Source: Octopus sinensis
Taxonomy: Eukaryota
Direction: 5' to 3'
NCBI RefSeq assembly: GCF_006345805.1
Contig: NC_043006.1
Span: 98,580,001-98,644,000 of the forward strand
Length of the DNA: 64,000 nucleotides
Each line of letters starts with the position of its first letter. Position 1 is the stretch's first letter. Positions 22,908-37,852 of the stretch are shown here, piece by piece. The notes under the pieces were generated by a model. That model made no database searches. It had not been told where the DNA came from and saw only the letters and a list, made by a program, of their open reading frames with translations. The position numbers and the translations under genes are program-made.

Positions 22908-25900
22908 TTCTATGTTTGACTTTTGCTTTATGTCTGTACATAAAGTTGGCTCCAAGTCTCACCCAGAGACCTCAAGAGACAACAGGTTGGAAGTTCTGTG
23001 CCATATATTTGGGTTTTTTTTTTGTTTTTGCTTTTTTTGTGTTGTACTAGTGAATGTCTAATACATAAAAATAAAATTTAAAAAATAAAAATAAAGATAA
23101 AAAAAAAGTTTGTTTTAAACATTGGGATTACATAGAGAGTATTTTGCGTAGGATATGAGCAGTTCCCATGAGCACTATCTTTTGAATTTCTGCCATTTTG
23201 GGGTTTCCTGGTATTTGAATTAGGTAGCAATCAGTCCATTTCACTATCATTCCCAGGGCACCTATGACAACAGGTATTGTTTTAGTCTTCAGCTTCCACA
23301 TTTTGCTGATTTCTATTTCAAGATCTTTATATTTGCTCAGTTTTTGGTAGGTCTTGACAGATACGTTTGTATCGATTGGGACAGTCATATCAATGAGGAG
23401 GCATGTTCTTTGTCTGAAGTATTTCAATATGATGTCTGGCCTATTTGCATCTATCTTCCTGTCAGTTTGAATGGTGAAGTTCCAGAGGAGTGAGATGTGG
23501 TCATTTTCAAGCACTGGGGGCGGATTGTGTTCCCATCAGTTTTTTTCATGGGGCAAATCCAGGTTTTTGCAAATTACCCAGTGAATATATTGTGCAGCTC
23601 TATCATGCCTATTGAGGTACTCTGTAGGCGCTAGAAGACTGCATTTGGAGACAACATGATCAATGGTTTCATTTTGTTGTCGGCATACACGACATGTTGG
23701 GCTACTGCCGTTCTTTAATATGTTGGCCTGGTAGTTTCTTGTTGGTAGGCATTGATCTTGAGCTGCTATGATAAACCCCTCTGTTTCAGATTTTAAGCCA
23801 GAGGCCATTATCCATTGATGGGTCAGGGCTTTGTCGATATCTGCATTATTCGCTCTCTTTGGGTATTTGCCATAGAGAGGTTTTTCTTGCCATTTATTAT
23901 TCAGAATATCTAAGGCCGCAGTTTTGGCATGGATTGTCATGCGCCTAGCTTTTTCTGTGCTTGTTTCTTGTATGTCTATCTCTAATTCCGAAATTGGTTG
24001 CATTCGGAATTCACTTAGATATTCCTTTGCCTGTTTTGTGACTGAGTATGATGCTTTCTTGTTTTCATGTTTTGAGACAAGTTTTAACATCCAGTCCTCA
24101 GAGTTTTTCAGGTAGGTGTCTAGGCCAATTGTAGCAATCTTCATTGTTATTGCCAGTTGCAAAAGACCACGGCCTCCCTCTTTTCTTGGCAGATAGAGTC
24201 GTTCTGTATCTGCCTTAGGGTGGTGCATTCTATGCATTGTCAACAGTTTCCTTATTTTTCTGTCGAGCTGACATATTTCAGTAATTGACCAGTTAACAAT
24301 ATTGAAACTGTAAGTCACGACTGGTATGGCTAAAGTATTGATCGCTTCGATCCTGTTTCTTGCATTCAGCTTTGTCTTGAGTATTGCTCTCACTCTTCGA
24401 TAGCATTCTCTCCTGATCCTTTTCTCCATCTCTGAATGCCTTATTCCGTTCCCTTCAATTACCCCTAGGTACTTGTAGCTCTCCGCTGGGTCTAGTTCTT
24501 TTATGACATTCTGCTGGTCAAGGTTAACGTTAGATGTTTCTGTCATTTTTCCTTTGATAAAGGTAGCTTTTGCACATTTATCGAGGCCGAATTGCATTCT
24601 GATGTCGTCACTGAATTGTTTGACTATCGCTAGTAAGCCCTTGAGTTGTTGGTCATTTTGTGCAAAAAGCTTTAAATCATCCATGTAAATGAAATGATTT
24701 ATATTTTTATCAAACATTTTACACCCGTACTGCGCGTCATTGAGCAGCTTTGAGAGAGGTATTAAGGATAAACAAAAGAGGAGTGGTGACAGTGAGTCAC
24801 CCTGGAAAATGCCACACGAAATTTTTACATCACAAGCATTTAGGGATTCATTGTCACTGTTGAGAGTTAGTGTGGTTCTCCATTATCTAATACTTACACT
24901 CAAGAAGTTTCGCAGAGTAGGTGCTATCTTATATATTTCCAGGCATTTCCTAATCCAGCTATGTGGTAGGCTATCAAAAGCCTTTTTATAGTCTACCCAA
25001 GCTATTGATAAGTTTTTGTGTCGTTTGTGACAATCTTCTAAGATCATCTTATTGATGAGTAGTTGGTCTTTACAGCCGTAGGATCCACGTTTACATCCTT
25101 TCTGTTCATTAGGGAATATGCTGCTGTCTGTTAGAAAACTATAGGTATATTCCGTCAGGACAGATGTTAGCGTTTTGTACATAGTTGTTAAGCAGGTTAT
25201 GGGTCTATAGTTTTTTGGTTCATTTGTTTCTTCACTTTTTGGAAGCAGGAATGTTAACCCATTAACTAGCCTAGGAGGCATCCTACTAGGGTGTTGCAAA
25301 ACATCATTGTACAGTTCTGTTAGCTGTTCATGGCTCTCTGGGAAGGCATTCAGCCAGAAGTTAGGAATTTTATCCTTCCTTGGAGACTTCCATTTGCTTG
25401 ACCTCCTGAGAGCAGATCTTATATCCTCTACCTTGACTCCTCTTCTAAGGGGTCCAGTTCTGTAGATATTCTGTCAATCCAGGGGGGCTTTTCGTTGTGT
25501 GTTTTTTCTTCTGCCCAGATTTTATTCCAAAATCCCTGCACTTATTCTTTTTATGGTACAGACCTTGCAGTAAACGCTGTTTTTCCTATCTTCCTGTAAA
25601 AATTCTTGGTGTTATTTTTGAACATGTTGTCCTTGAAAAATCTAACATGCTTTTCATACCTCGCTATGCGGGCAGCTTTGGCAGATACCTTTTGTTTGAT
25701 GGTTTCTATGGTGGCATCAATATCAAGTATAGTTTTCATATTGTATTTTTTCAGTAATTTTGGGGTTTTTGTAGGTTTGGTAGTCTTGTGAGCCTTAAGG
25801 TTTTTCAAATATTCAATGTCAGATCTAAATATTTTAATTTGTTGTTGCAGACGCTCTTGCCAAGAAAGCTTTTTGTGGGAATGTTGCCGTTTTCTAATCT

Positions 25901-26352
25901 TTACACCACATAGGATCGTTGAGATTTTCGCGGATGCATAGTATAGGTTGTTGAGGTTTGTGATATCAACATCATTAGCTGAATTATATCTTTAAGTGCT
26001 AGCCGGATTTTACCAATTATTTTCATGTTTTGGTTAGAGTTGCGGATTTTAGGAAGTGTATCACGTTCATCCATGCTGGTTTCTTTAATTTTCAGCCATT
26101 CAATCATGATTTGATCTTTTAGCTCATGTAGTTCTGTTGGGTCAATATTTGTGGGACTTTCTTTATCTATTTGATGCTCATCTGTCTTAGTGTTTATGAT
26201 TGGTTCAGGGAGTATTTCACTTTGCCTATCACTTATACTAACTCTTTCAATCCTCTCTTCGTTTTTATCCGCCCTGGGCTGGTCTATAATTATTTCCTCT
26301 GTATTATCTTCTCTAGCTGCAGCTTCGTTCATTTTATCCGATATTGCTTGTC

Positions 26353-26353
<1 letters not shown>
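22908..26353 (-). mobile_element. R4/Dong(Rex6)-type RLE LINE, family B, 5'-truncated, 3.4 kb
   Basis: RT: PKNYRPITCL, DYKKAFDS, IFQGDSLSPLLF, YMDDLKL. Zinc finger: CRVCRQQNETIDHVVSKC...NRHD. RLE: ANRPDII...IDMTVP...KLSKYKDL. (TAA)n at both ends. Confidence 0.93.
23128..26353 (-). pseudogene. Single-ORF RT, CCHC and restriction-like endonuclease polyprotein, frameshifted
   Basis: ORF-track pieces 25901-26332, 25551-25808, 24883-25299, 23536-24717 and 23128-23514. Confidence 0.9.
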
Positions 26354-26439
<86 letters not shown>

Positions 26440-26504
26440 CATTATTATTATTATTGTTGTTGTTGTTGTTGTTGATATTGGTATTATTATTATCATTATT
26501 ATTA

Positions 26505-27120
<616 letters not shown>

Positions 27121-30100
27121 TATTATTATTATTATTATTATATTATTATTACTGTTATGATATAACCTTCTTCAAAGTTCGACAATTCCTTGCTATTTAA
27201 TAAGCATTCCTCTAAAATGTAATAGAATTCGACCGTAAAAATTATCGCAATAATTTGCTTAAATTAGCCATCAGTGGCTAAATGAGAGAGGAAACATGCA
27301 GGATTCTTTTTCATTTCAGATCTCGGTGGCACACTTATGCATTTTTCCACTTTCATTTGCGTATGCAGATATTCTCGTGACTCGACGCTTAGGCGGATAC
27401 ATACACACATATATGAGCATCTGTCAATGTGTGTGTTCTTATGTATGCGTCTATGTGTGTGTACTTGTATCTGATTGTGTGTACGCGCGTGGGTGAATGT
27501 ACTATTTGTATGTGTATGGGAATATGTATATGCGAAAATACATCGATCTAACTTAGTACTTTCTATGTCACCAATGAAGCTGAAAATCCGAATTCTAAGC
27601 AATTTGATATTTTTAGAATGCGAAGTAACAAAATAAAATGTTACTATCGTTCAGAATAACGCTTTACTTTCTTCCTTCTTCGAGCGTCATTCATTCTTTA
27701 ATCAATGAAGATGTCCGTATGTGAGATTACAAAATTCTGTACAGAATTCTATTGAAGATAATCTTGAAAACAGGGCGAGTAAGAATTGATAAAACACTAA
27801 ATCCAATTTTCCCTTTAAGGATGCATGAGAACAAAGGAACTTTGCTATGAATAAAGTGCTAATTTTGCTATAGGGGATGGATATTCTTCAGCAAAATATA
27901 AATGGGCCCATTGCAGTAAAGGTGAAGCGAAAGTAAAATCTCATCCCCATTCAAAATGTTCCTTCAGATGAGAATATTTTGGTATCGATTTTCCATTTTA
28001 GCTGTTTTCTTTTTTAAATTATATTTTCTTTTCTCCTAAATGTCTCTGTCCTAATATACATTACCATGTATATTATTGTTTCATTTTATATTCTTCGGTT
28101 AATAATTCTGACGATTTTACATGGAATTTACTCACAAGATTCATTTGTCATCGTCAGTTCGCTTCGTTTAACATTATATTAAGGGCTGAATTTCTCTTAA
28201 CATCTATTTCTAAAATAAAATGTTATGATCGTATTTTAGATTCTTAAGCCATGTAATTATTTCATTCGTTGTTGAAAAGCTGACATTCCATTTCGTATAT
28301 GGAAGTTCATCAACACTTTGGTCTTTTACGTCTCTGAAAACTCATCTGTGTATCCTGTGATATTATTTGAAGGTTACGTGCATATCATTTGATATAATAC
28401 GTATATCTGGCGTGGGGGACGCTAACTTCAATATTGGAATTAATTATTAAATTATTCAAATACAAGAATATTTGAAGTGTATTTATCTTTAGAGTCTATG
28501 TGCATATAGTCTAAAATTTCTCCCAATATGAGTTCTATAGACATCAGTAAAATCATGCTTTTGGTAATGCAATGTAAAATAAAAAAGGAAAAATAATTCA
28601 GCCTTTAGTATATGTGTATGATTTGTTGCATATCCAAGAAGCTATAATAAATTCATTTATAAATTTACTGAATGAATACATAGTTTAAAGTAACAAATAT
28701 TGCCGGCCTGACGATAACACCTGTACTTCTACGGGGGAGAAATGATGAGCAAAGTTTAATTCAGCGGTATTTCTTAACAAAAAGCAAAAAGGGAAATATC
28801 ATTTTAACTAATGCGAAAGGACAGCGATTAGGTACAGAAATATGTTTTTAAGTATATTAACATAATTATTGAAGAACGTAGGAAGTTCTAATCAAATTGT
28901 AAAAAGATATAAATAAAGGCAGTTTTGTAATTAAAGCTGGCAAATCAGTGTATGTAATCTTCATTTAAACTGAAACAGCTCAAGAAATATGATAGTTACA
29001 TTTTATTGAAACGCAAATTGTTACATAAGTTTCAGTATTTACAATAGCACTGGACAGGTAGGTTTATATCAAAATTAAGACGTAAATATATTCACCATAT
29101 TTCTTACTAGGATAATATATTTGCAAGAATGTGATGTCGTGAGCTGACCCATATAGCAGAGGCAATCAATAAAATATACAGATTTCTTGTTGTAGCCATG
29201 CAGAACTAGGAGAGTTCAACGAAGAAAGCCGATAATTTGAGAAGTATTCGAGCTTTGACCGCCCTGTCTATTTTGGAATGCAGTTTATCGTGGGTTAATA
29301 TGTTTTTATTTCGGAGCGCATAATTCATTGTGTATTTGCTTGATACGGTAGGGCGTCATCTGATTTTACTCTCTGTCCAGCAGTGTGAACGTCCGTTTTC
29401 TCGGACCTACGTTATTTAATTTAGGACATTCTAATATAATAGTAGACAAAATTAAATTGATTATTTAGTCATTAATATAACAAAAAAAAGGAGGAATGTA
29501 ACAGCACAACCCTTTTGGATTATACATCTGTCTTATATGTGTCAGTTAGATGCATATGTTCCTTTTCGTATACGCATTAAACACTGCTAAATCAATGTTT
29601 CCTTGTAAGAAAGAAGGAAGACATGTGTATGCAAATGCCTTATATGTGTCAGACATGAATTTTCTTTGTACATTACCAGACTGAAATCCCTTGAAGCGAA
29701 ACGAGGTGCGTTGGTATCAAAATGCTGATGTCAACTTCACCCAAGAAGACACGGATGTAGGCTTACTAATATTATTAGTGTAGCTACGAGATATGCACTT
29801 TTATTCAAAGTAAATAAATTCGGTAGCAACCAATATCTAACAGCGATTGTGGGTTGTAATATGATATACCTTGAATACATTAGCTGCATTTTGCCCCAAT
29901 GCAGAAGTAATTCTTGATTTTCTAATATTACGAAGTAATAAAATGTAATAATAAAACCGATTCCTACAAAAGTGAGATAAAGACAATTGTCGGTCATTTC
30001 ATAAGCATATGTTTCCATCGATAAATACATAGCTTAAAGACAGTGATAGCATTGAGATTGGAATTCTATGGTTCTTAAATTTCGCAAGATGTTACGCAAG

Positions 30101-30924
30101 TCAATGAATTGCTACAAATGAGCATTGAAAATCAATTCATGCTGAAAGATAGGCGATAGGTTGTCTCTCAGACAATGACGATATCGTACAAGTGTAAAAT
30201 AATATAATAACCTTGCATTTAACCTCCATTTTCTTTCATATCTCATTTATTATATAGAAGACAATATATGAAAGCCACACAAACGTCAAACATGAGCGTA
30301 TGAAATCTATTTACACATAGCAGAAATTCGGTGGCCAAATATATTTAGAAAAGTAATTTATTTCAAAACAAATTCTGATATTGGGCATGATCTGCTAAGT
30401 AATTTTACTAGTAATTTTACTAGTAATTTTACTAGCTGAGTCATCTTCGAAGCGGGACGTTAACGCATACACAATGGTTGAATAGAACGGTTTCTCTGCT
30501 ATATCATGCATAATATTCTATCAGTGTTTAGTGAGAAACTAGGAATTCAGTGCAAGTTTAACTCAGTTAAATTTTCAGCTGTAACATCACATTTGCTTTT
30601 GTGAAATTATGTACCTCCGTAAGTTTGATTTAGAAATCTTCCTAGAACCAAACTGCAACAGATTTCACTTTCTGTATTTCCAGCACACTTCATTCGTTGT
30701 CAACGTATATTTGATAAAAGCAATTAGGTAAGGTGAAATTACGTTGAACTTCATGATTAACACGCAACAAATAAGCAGCACCCTCACTTCTAGTCAAAGT
30801 TCATGGACAGATTTCGAAGCACATTGCTCCATTATGGTTTTCACTCGAGGATTGGGGTGTAATTTACATATCTTACAGGGGCGATTACATGACAATGACA
30901 TGACCACCAGATACGCACGATTTA

Positions 30925-31263
<339 letters not shown>

Positions 31264-31606
31264 TTGTGTGTATACGTATGTGTGCGTATGTAAGACTATG
31301 TCCGTACATACACTTATATACATATCAAGAAGTCAAAGAGAGAGAGAGAGGGAGTTGGGGTGAATTATATGCAGATAGATGGTAGTCATGTCATATTGCT
31401 ATATGGCTTCGCCATTGTGATAACTATCGTGATGGAAATCCCACAATATATAAAGGTTGTGATAGCGTTGAAAAAGATTTGGTCAAAATCGATACTTAAA
31501 TGGATTTTTCCCGATCTCAGTTTGTCTTCGCTTATGAATACGTATACATAACGATCTATCTATTTATCTATCTGTCTGTCTAGCTATCTACCTACCTCTC
31601 TCTCTG

Positions 31607-31695
<89 letters not shown>

Positions 31696-31799
31696 ATATA
31701 TATTTACATATGTACATACATATGCATGTATACATATATATATACGTATGAATAAATGAAAGAATGGAGTCGAACGAAGATGTTAACAAAATTCCTTTA

Positions 31800-31881
31800 C
31801 TCTCGACACATGTTTCGAAGTCAGCATATTTTCATTCCGAAGGAATAAAGGGTGCATTATGCAATATTCTCATCAGGAAAG
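31800..31881 (-). ncRNA. Type I hammerhead ribozyme motif (left arm; stem II partly mismatched)
   Basis: Minus strand: CTTTC CTGATGA GAATATTGCATA...TATGCTGACTTC GAAA CATGTG TC GAGAG. Confidence 0.65.
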
Positions 31882-32817
31882 AAAGGGAGCCTCTCTCGAC
31901 AACAAGAAAAAAAAATTTCGATGGATGCCTACATGGTAAACAAAGCGGTAATGAGTGTCTTTTTTTTTAATCCGTTAGAAGAATTGACGTCAAAAATGGA
32001 TAGTAGGAGGAAGAGAAGGGATAAATTAATAATAGGTAGGGGACAGTATGTTTGCTGTATGTATGGAAATGTGTGGGTGTGTACTTGTGTTAATGAGTGC
32101 GTGTGTTTCTGTGTGTGCGTGTGTATGCGTGTGTGTATAACTGCATCTGTGTCTGTGTGTGTGATTGTGTGTGAGAGAGAGAGACAGACGTCAAAGATAG
32201 ATAGTAGTAACGGTAGGTATAAAGGAGTAATAGGTAGGGAACAAGTGGAGAGGGAAGTGTACGTTGATTGAAAGAATGTTCGAAGGCTTAGGAAAGAATT
32301 TCTCTATAGCTGTGGGGTGGACGTGAAGCTAATTGTTCAAACCACAGTGACTATCGTTATCATTTATATGAGTAGAAAGTGTGTTTCTGCCAATGTTTAT
32401 ATTTGTACGATTTTTCTATGAGTGTGTTTACTAGGGGAACCTTAGCGAAAAGAATATGGAAGAGTTCTATTACTCCTTTATACCTTCCCTTACTACTATC
32501 TATCTTTGACATCTGTCTCTCTCTCACACACACAATCACATATACAGACACAAATGCAGTTATACACACACACATACACACACACACAAACACACGCACT
32601 CATTAACACAAGTACACACCCACACATTTCCATACATACAGCAAACATACTGTCCCCTACCTATTATTAATTTATCCCTTCTCTTCCTCCTACTATCCAC
32701 TTTTGACGTCCATTCTTCTAACGGATTTTTAAAAAAAAACACTCATTACCGCTTTGTTTACCATGTAGGCATTCATCGAAATGTTTGTTTGTTTTGTTGT
32801 CGAGAGAGGCTCCCCTT

Positions 32818-32899
32818 CTTTCCTGATGAGAAGATTGCATAATGCACTCTTTATTCCTTCGGAATGAAAATATGCTGTCTTCGAAACATATGTCGAGAG
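32818..32899 (+). ncRNA. Type I hammerhead ribozyme motif (right arm)
   Basis: Stem I CTTTC/GAGAG, core CTGATGA, stem II GAAGATTGCATA/TATGCTGTCTTC, GAAA, palindromic stem III ACATATGT and GTC cleavage triplet (32892-32894). Confidence 0.78.
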
Positions 32900-33122
32900 T
32901 AAAGGAGTTTTGTTAACATCTTCGTTCGACTGCATTCTTTCATTTATTCATATACAACACACAAATTTCTACACATGAACCCGGAGTTTCTACCCTTGAC
33001 AGGTCGCTTCAACCGTGTTTTCTGACGTGAATTTGCTACCCAGGTTTCGGTTAAACGAATTTTCTATGCTGACGATAAACATAGGATAATTCAGTCATCT
33101 ACTTAAATATATATATGCATAT

Positions 33123-33164
<42 letters not shown>

Positions 33165-33217
33165 CATATATATATGTATATATACATACATATATATATA
33201 TACATATATATATGTAT

Positions 33218-33260
<43 letters not shown>

Positions 33261-34046
33261 CATATATATATATTTATACGCACACACGTATAATAATACA
33301 CGTTAAAATTTTATCCGTGGCGAGTATACAAAAATAGTCCTATTAAGGTGAGATCATATTTATAATTATAGTTAAGAGCATGAAAAAAAATCTACCATAT
33401 CCTGAAAATGGACGCTAAATCGTCCAACCACTTTGAATCGCACAAAATTACACACGTGTCGACATCGAGGGTGTAAGCTAATGGAAAGTCATAAAAATCC
33501 AGATAGCTCTGGATTGATCAAATTCTGGATTAGCCTAATGTGCTTAATTATTATCATACGTATATATGTGTGCGGGTGAGTGAGTGTATATCTGTGTGTT
33601 TGTGTTGGTGTGTGTGTATGGCGAAGAGATAAATGATAAAAGGTACATGCCAAAACGCAAGAAATAAATCGAAAATTGAAAATAAATCGAATTTCTACGT
33701 ATTAATATATACATCTCTACCGACATACAACAGCTACGACTTTAGCGGAATCATAACGTATATATATTTACAAATACACGCACACATACACACACACATT
33801 CACACACATACATATAGAAGATAAGATTAAGTCAAGACAGTAACACACACAAATATACACAAATATAAACATATGCATACATATAATATATATGTATGTG
33901 TTTGTGTGTGTGTGTGCGTAAGTGTAATACATATCCTTATATGCATATGTAGTATTATTACTCTTAGCTACAGCAGTAACAAGTTCTTAGAACTTAACAT
34001 ATAGTTCACGCCGTGTGTACATGTAAGTGAATACGTTTTTATATGC

Positions 34047-34104
<58 letters not shown>

Positions 34105-34107
<3 letters not shown>

Positions 34108-34184
34108 CATATGTACATCCGTATATACATAGATGATGCATATATATATGCATCATCTGTATATATACGGATGTACATATGTTA
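34105..34184. repeat. 80-bp spacerless near-perfect palindrome
   Basis: taacatatgtacatccgtatatacatagatgatgcatata|tatatgcatcatctgtatatatacggatgtacatatgtta; 2 mismatched pairs. Confidence 0.9.
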
Positions 34185-35585
34185 TTAATAAACCCAGATG
34201 ATGCTACTTTACATAAATCCCTAGAGAAGTTCTCAGTTCCTTGCAAGGATCAATTGATATTTGATTGACAATTAAAACGTAGCACAGACCATTTCAGTAT
34301 ATCATTCAACGCAGAAAAATATAAACATTTTACTTTAATTGCAGGGGATGCAATAATTCAGCTCAGCTCAATTTCATTAATTATAAGTTGCAGAAAGCGT
34401 GTTTAGATATAAATAATATATGAAAGTGCATTAATTTGTTTAATGCTTATTTGAGTTTCTAATCATATGCAAATAACTATGTTACATTAACACAGCTGTT
34501 AGCTGATATCTCCGCGAGTTCTTCTATCCAAATATACATATACGCCCACAACATACGCGCACATGTACTCCTGCATCCCTGCACTCCTGCACTCTCATAC
34601 ACACTTATAGATAAATGCAAACATAGGTAGAGGAAGAGCCATATATATATTCAAATATTAATGCCCTCACACATACGCAAGCACATACACAGGGGCGTTT
34701 GTGTATGATGCATGCACGCATAGAAATTAAGATATGTATATATACATATTTTGTACACACACATACACGCACTGATACACGCTTGCACCCAAACTGCACG
34801 CACACACATATACATAAACATTAATACACAGAAAAAGACACAAGTATATTCAAATCTCAGTTATAAAATGCTAATGGTGCTTCTTACAAAAATTGCCATT
34901 GCTTTGTACGGTTATTATTTGGAATATGATTCCCTTCTCTTATTATAATTGCTAGAATATGCAACTAGGTGATATTAAGTTGTCATTGCTATGTAATTTT
35001 CTAATTTATAATTACCACCAACAGGTAGTTAATTATATATCGACAAATTTGGTAATGCACGTTAAGTGATTTTTTCTTGCCTTTTTGTGTCATTGCGTTT
35101 CATTTTTTCCCCAACTTGCCAGCACTTTTGATATCTTCCTTCATCGATAACGGGTGGAAATTTACCTTGTAGCACTACTGCATTAATAATGCAAAGTGGC
35201 AAGGTGAACGTGGTAAAAATATATAGAGAAAGAAGCAAATGTGTGTGTGTATATGTGTGTGTACGTGTGTGTGTGAGTGGGCGTGTGTGTAAGTTCTAAT
35301 AATGATGTAAAACCAAATGGTTATGTTTTGAAATGATTTCAGACGTACGTTTTACAATTGCCTGATATATGATAAGAAATGGATTTTCTATGATGTCACT
35401 ATATTGTTTTACTTTATTTTACAGCATATAGGAATCGATACCAAAATAAACTAGCCTGACCAGGCTCCACTTACACGGATAGTCTAGGAACGATTTGTAC
35501 AAGCTTGCTATATTTGACGAGGGGAAACGTTTTGTACCGTGCACCGCTCATTAGCCCACCGAAAAGGATATTATAATATGATATG

Positions 35586-35616
<31 letters not shown>

Positions 35617-35989
35617 AATAATAATATTAGGGAGTAAATCCAAACTTACAGGGAAAAATTAGATTTGGGATTAAATCTAATTTTATAGTATAAATATATA
35701 TTATATTAAATTAGAGATAAAACCACTATTAGGCAAATCAAACAGTGAAAGTCAGAAGCCAAAACATAGAAATAAAATTAATTAAAAAATATTTTTAAAA
35801 AAATATAAAATTCCAAATTAAGATATTTAAATTAAAGTTAAAATTTAAAAAATTATTTAAATAATTTAAACTTATATATATATATATATATATATTATTT
35901 TATTTTATTTAATAAATAAATAAAAAAATAAATAAATAAGATAAAATAAAATAAAATATATATATATATATATATTTAAAATTTATAAG

Positions 35990-36330
35990 CGATTATATCG
36001 ACGCCAGTGCTTAACTAGTAAGCATTGTCCGTCCTGAAAGAATGAGATGCAAAGTCGACCACGGCGGATTTTTGAACTCAGAATGTAAAGACGGACTAAA
36101 TGCCGCTAAGCATTTTGTCCGGCCTGCTAACTATTCTGTCACCTCGTCGCCTTAATATATTGATATCAAATTTTGGCGCAAGGTTAGCAAGTTGAAGGAA
36201 TAGGATTAATCGTTCACATCGATCTCAGTGCGCGAAGTGATGAAAGGCAAATTTATCTCTGGTGGCATTTGAACTCAGAATGTAAAGCCGGGCTAAGTGC
36301 CGCGGGCTAAGTGCCTGCTGGCCGCCTGAA
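35990..36330 (-). mobile_element. Two tandem decayed S1 SINE copies
   Basis: Both contain tttgaactcagaatgtaaag (reverse-complement B box) and gcaaagtcgacc or gatgaaaggcaaa. Confidence 0.75.
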
Positions 36331-37373
36331 TCAATAGGTAAAATATCATAGGTGTGTATTCTTTTGTGCACGTGTCTGCATGGTTGTGTATCCGCCTCCT
36401 TAATGACTGTGCGCGCATAAAATTTATACGTTCATTAATTAATAACAACCGTCAGCTTTAACAAATGGATGGTTATTTTGGGAGTAGATGCTTTATTTAC
36501 AGCCTAGGGGATTGTAAAACTAAATAATAATGTTATATTAGATATTCTCAAGATCTTTTGTGCTGCAAACATCTGTGGAGACTCCCACTGGCGTATTCAT
36601 GCGCAAAACATTAAAATGTCGTTAAATGGCTTCTCATAGAAAGATGATAATCACATGTATCTTTCATTTTGGTGTGATATTACTTTTCTCGTGCCGCCCT
36701 TCCATCATTTTCCCTAAAGCAACTTCTTTCTAATTATGCCAAATAACTTTTTTACTTTATTTTATTGACTGAAGTTCTTCCATAATCTAACGAATGTTTG
36801 TATTTGTAATTAAGTAACTAAATTTTGGCTAAGATGTTAAAACGATGAAATAAAATGAATCCTGAGAAATCCTATAGTTTTATTAATATAGTTTACAATG
36901 CCGTGCACATCAGTAAATTGACAACATTTATATTTCGAGATGAAATTACTTTTACTTAAATTATGGAATACCAACAAAGAAAAAAATACAAGCAAACAAA
37001 ATCCAAAAGCAAAAACTAAATTTTGAAATAAATTTCCTGAAATACAGTGTATGTATGAATTTGCTAATGAGGCTGACATTACTTATAAAATTCTGTTGAT
37101 TTACAGAGGTAAGGAGGAGTGTAACAGAGGAGCAACAATAGGAACAGATAGAAGGTTCTGAATTTCAGAACTTAGGATGGGGACGCTTACTAGGAACAAA
37201 AACATTACTCGCCAAAGCTGTTTAGGAATTTTACATTATGAAATATTAGCTTGAGAATTTGTAGCGGGTGAAAAAAGGTTACCTGCAAAGTAAGGAATAA
37301 ATAGTAAAAGTTAATATATAAACGGTATTTTGGTGTCTGTGAGTATGTAGACATACTTGTATGTATATAATTG

Positions 37374-37417
<44 letters not shown>

Positions 37418-37487
37418 CATAAATATATGAATAAATAAATATATATATATATTTATATGTATATATATATCCGCACACACAAACACA

Positions 37488-37547
<60 letters not shown>

Positions 37548-37600
37548 AGATAAGGAATGGAAGAGATAATATCCGGGCTACATATGTTTCACAGCGAGCA

Positions 37601-37852
37601 GACCTTATTTCTGGAGTGCAGTCACCATCTCGATTTATTTTGGAGCCAAGGAAGATGAAATCATCAACCACTTCAATCTCTTCATTATCGATCTTGATGC
37701 TGATGTTTGTTGTGGCTGCTGTTGACATGATCTTCGTTTTCTTAACATTGAGGTACAGCCCAAATTTCTCGCTCTCTTTCTTGACCAGCAGGACAAGATC
37801 CTCCAGATCCTTATCACTCTCCGCCAGCAGGGTTGTATCATCTGCATAGCGA
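37601..37852 (-). mobile_element. Isolated RTE-clade LINE reverse transcriptase fragment
   Basis: RYADDTTLLAESDKDLEDLVLLVKKESEKFGLYLNVKKTKIM...VDDFIFLGSKINRDGDCTPEIR, a BovB/RTE-type signature. Confidence 0.88.

Larger units (their letters stand above)
31747..32952. mobile_element. Inverted pair (~486-bp arms, 31747-32233 and 32467-32952) of a hammerhead-containing element, probably a non-autonomous Penelope-like pLTR
   Basis: Arms are reverse complements with scattered substitutions. Each arm has an HHR motif reading outward. Confidence 0.7.

Noticed and set aside
30399-30435. 3 x 12-bp tandem gtaattttacta
   Set aside because: Simple local slippage repeat with no spacers; not CRISPR-like.
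27200-30900. Possible host exons in unique AT-rich DNA (also 44-49 kb, 61-64 kb)
   Set aside because: No ORF with recognisable protein character. Short exons cannot be excluded without RNA-seq.
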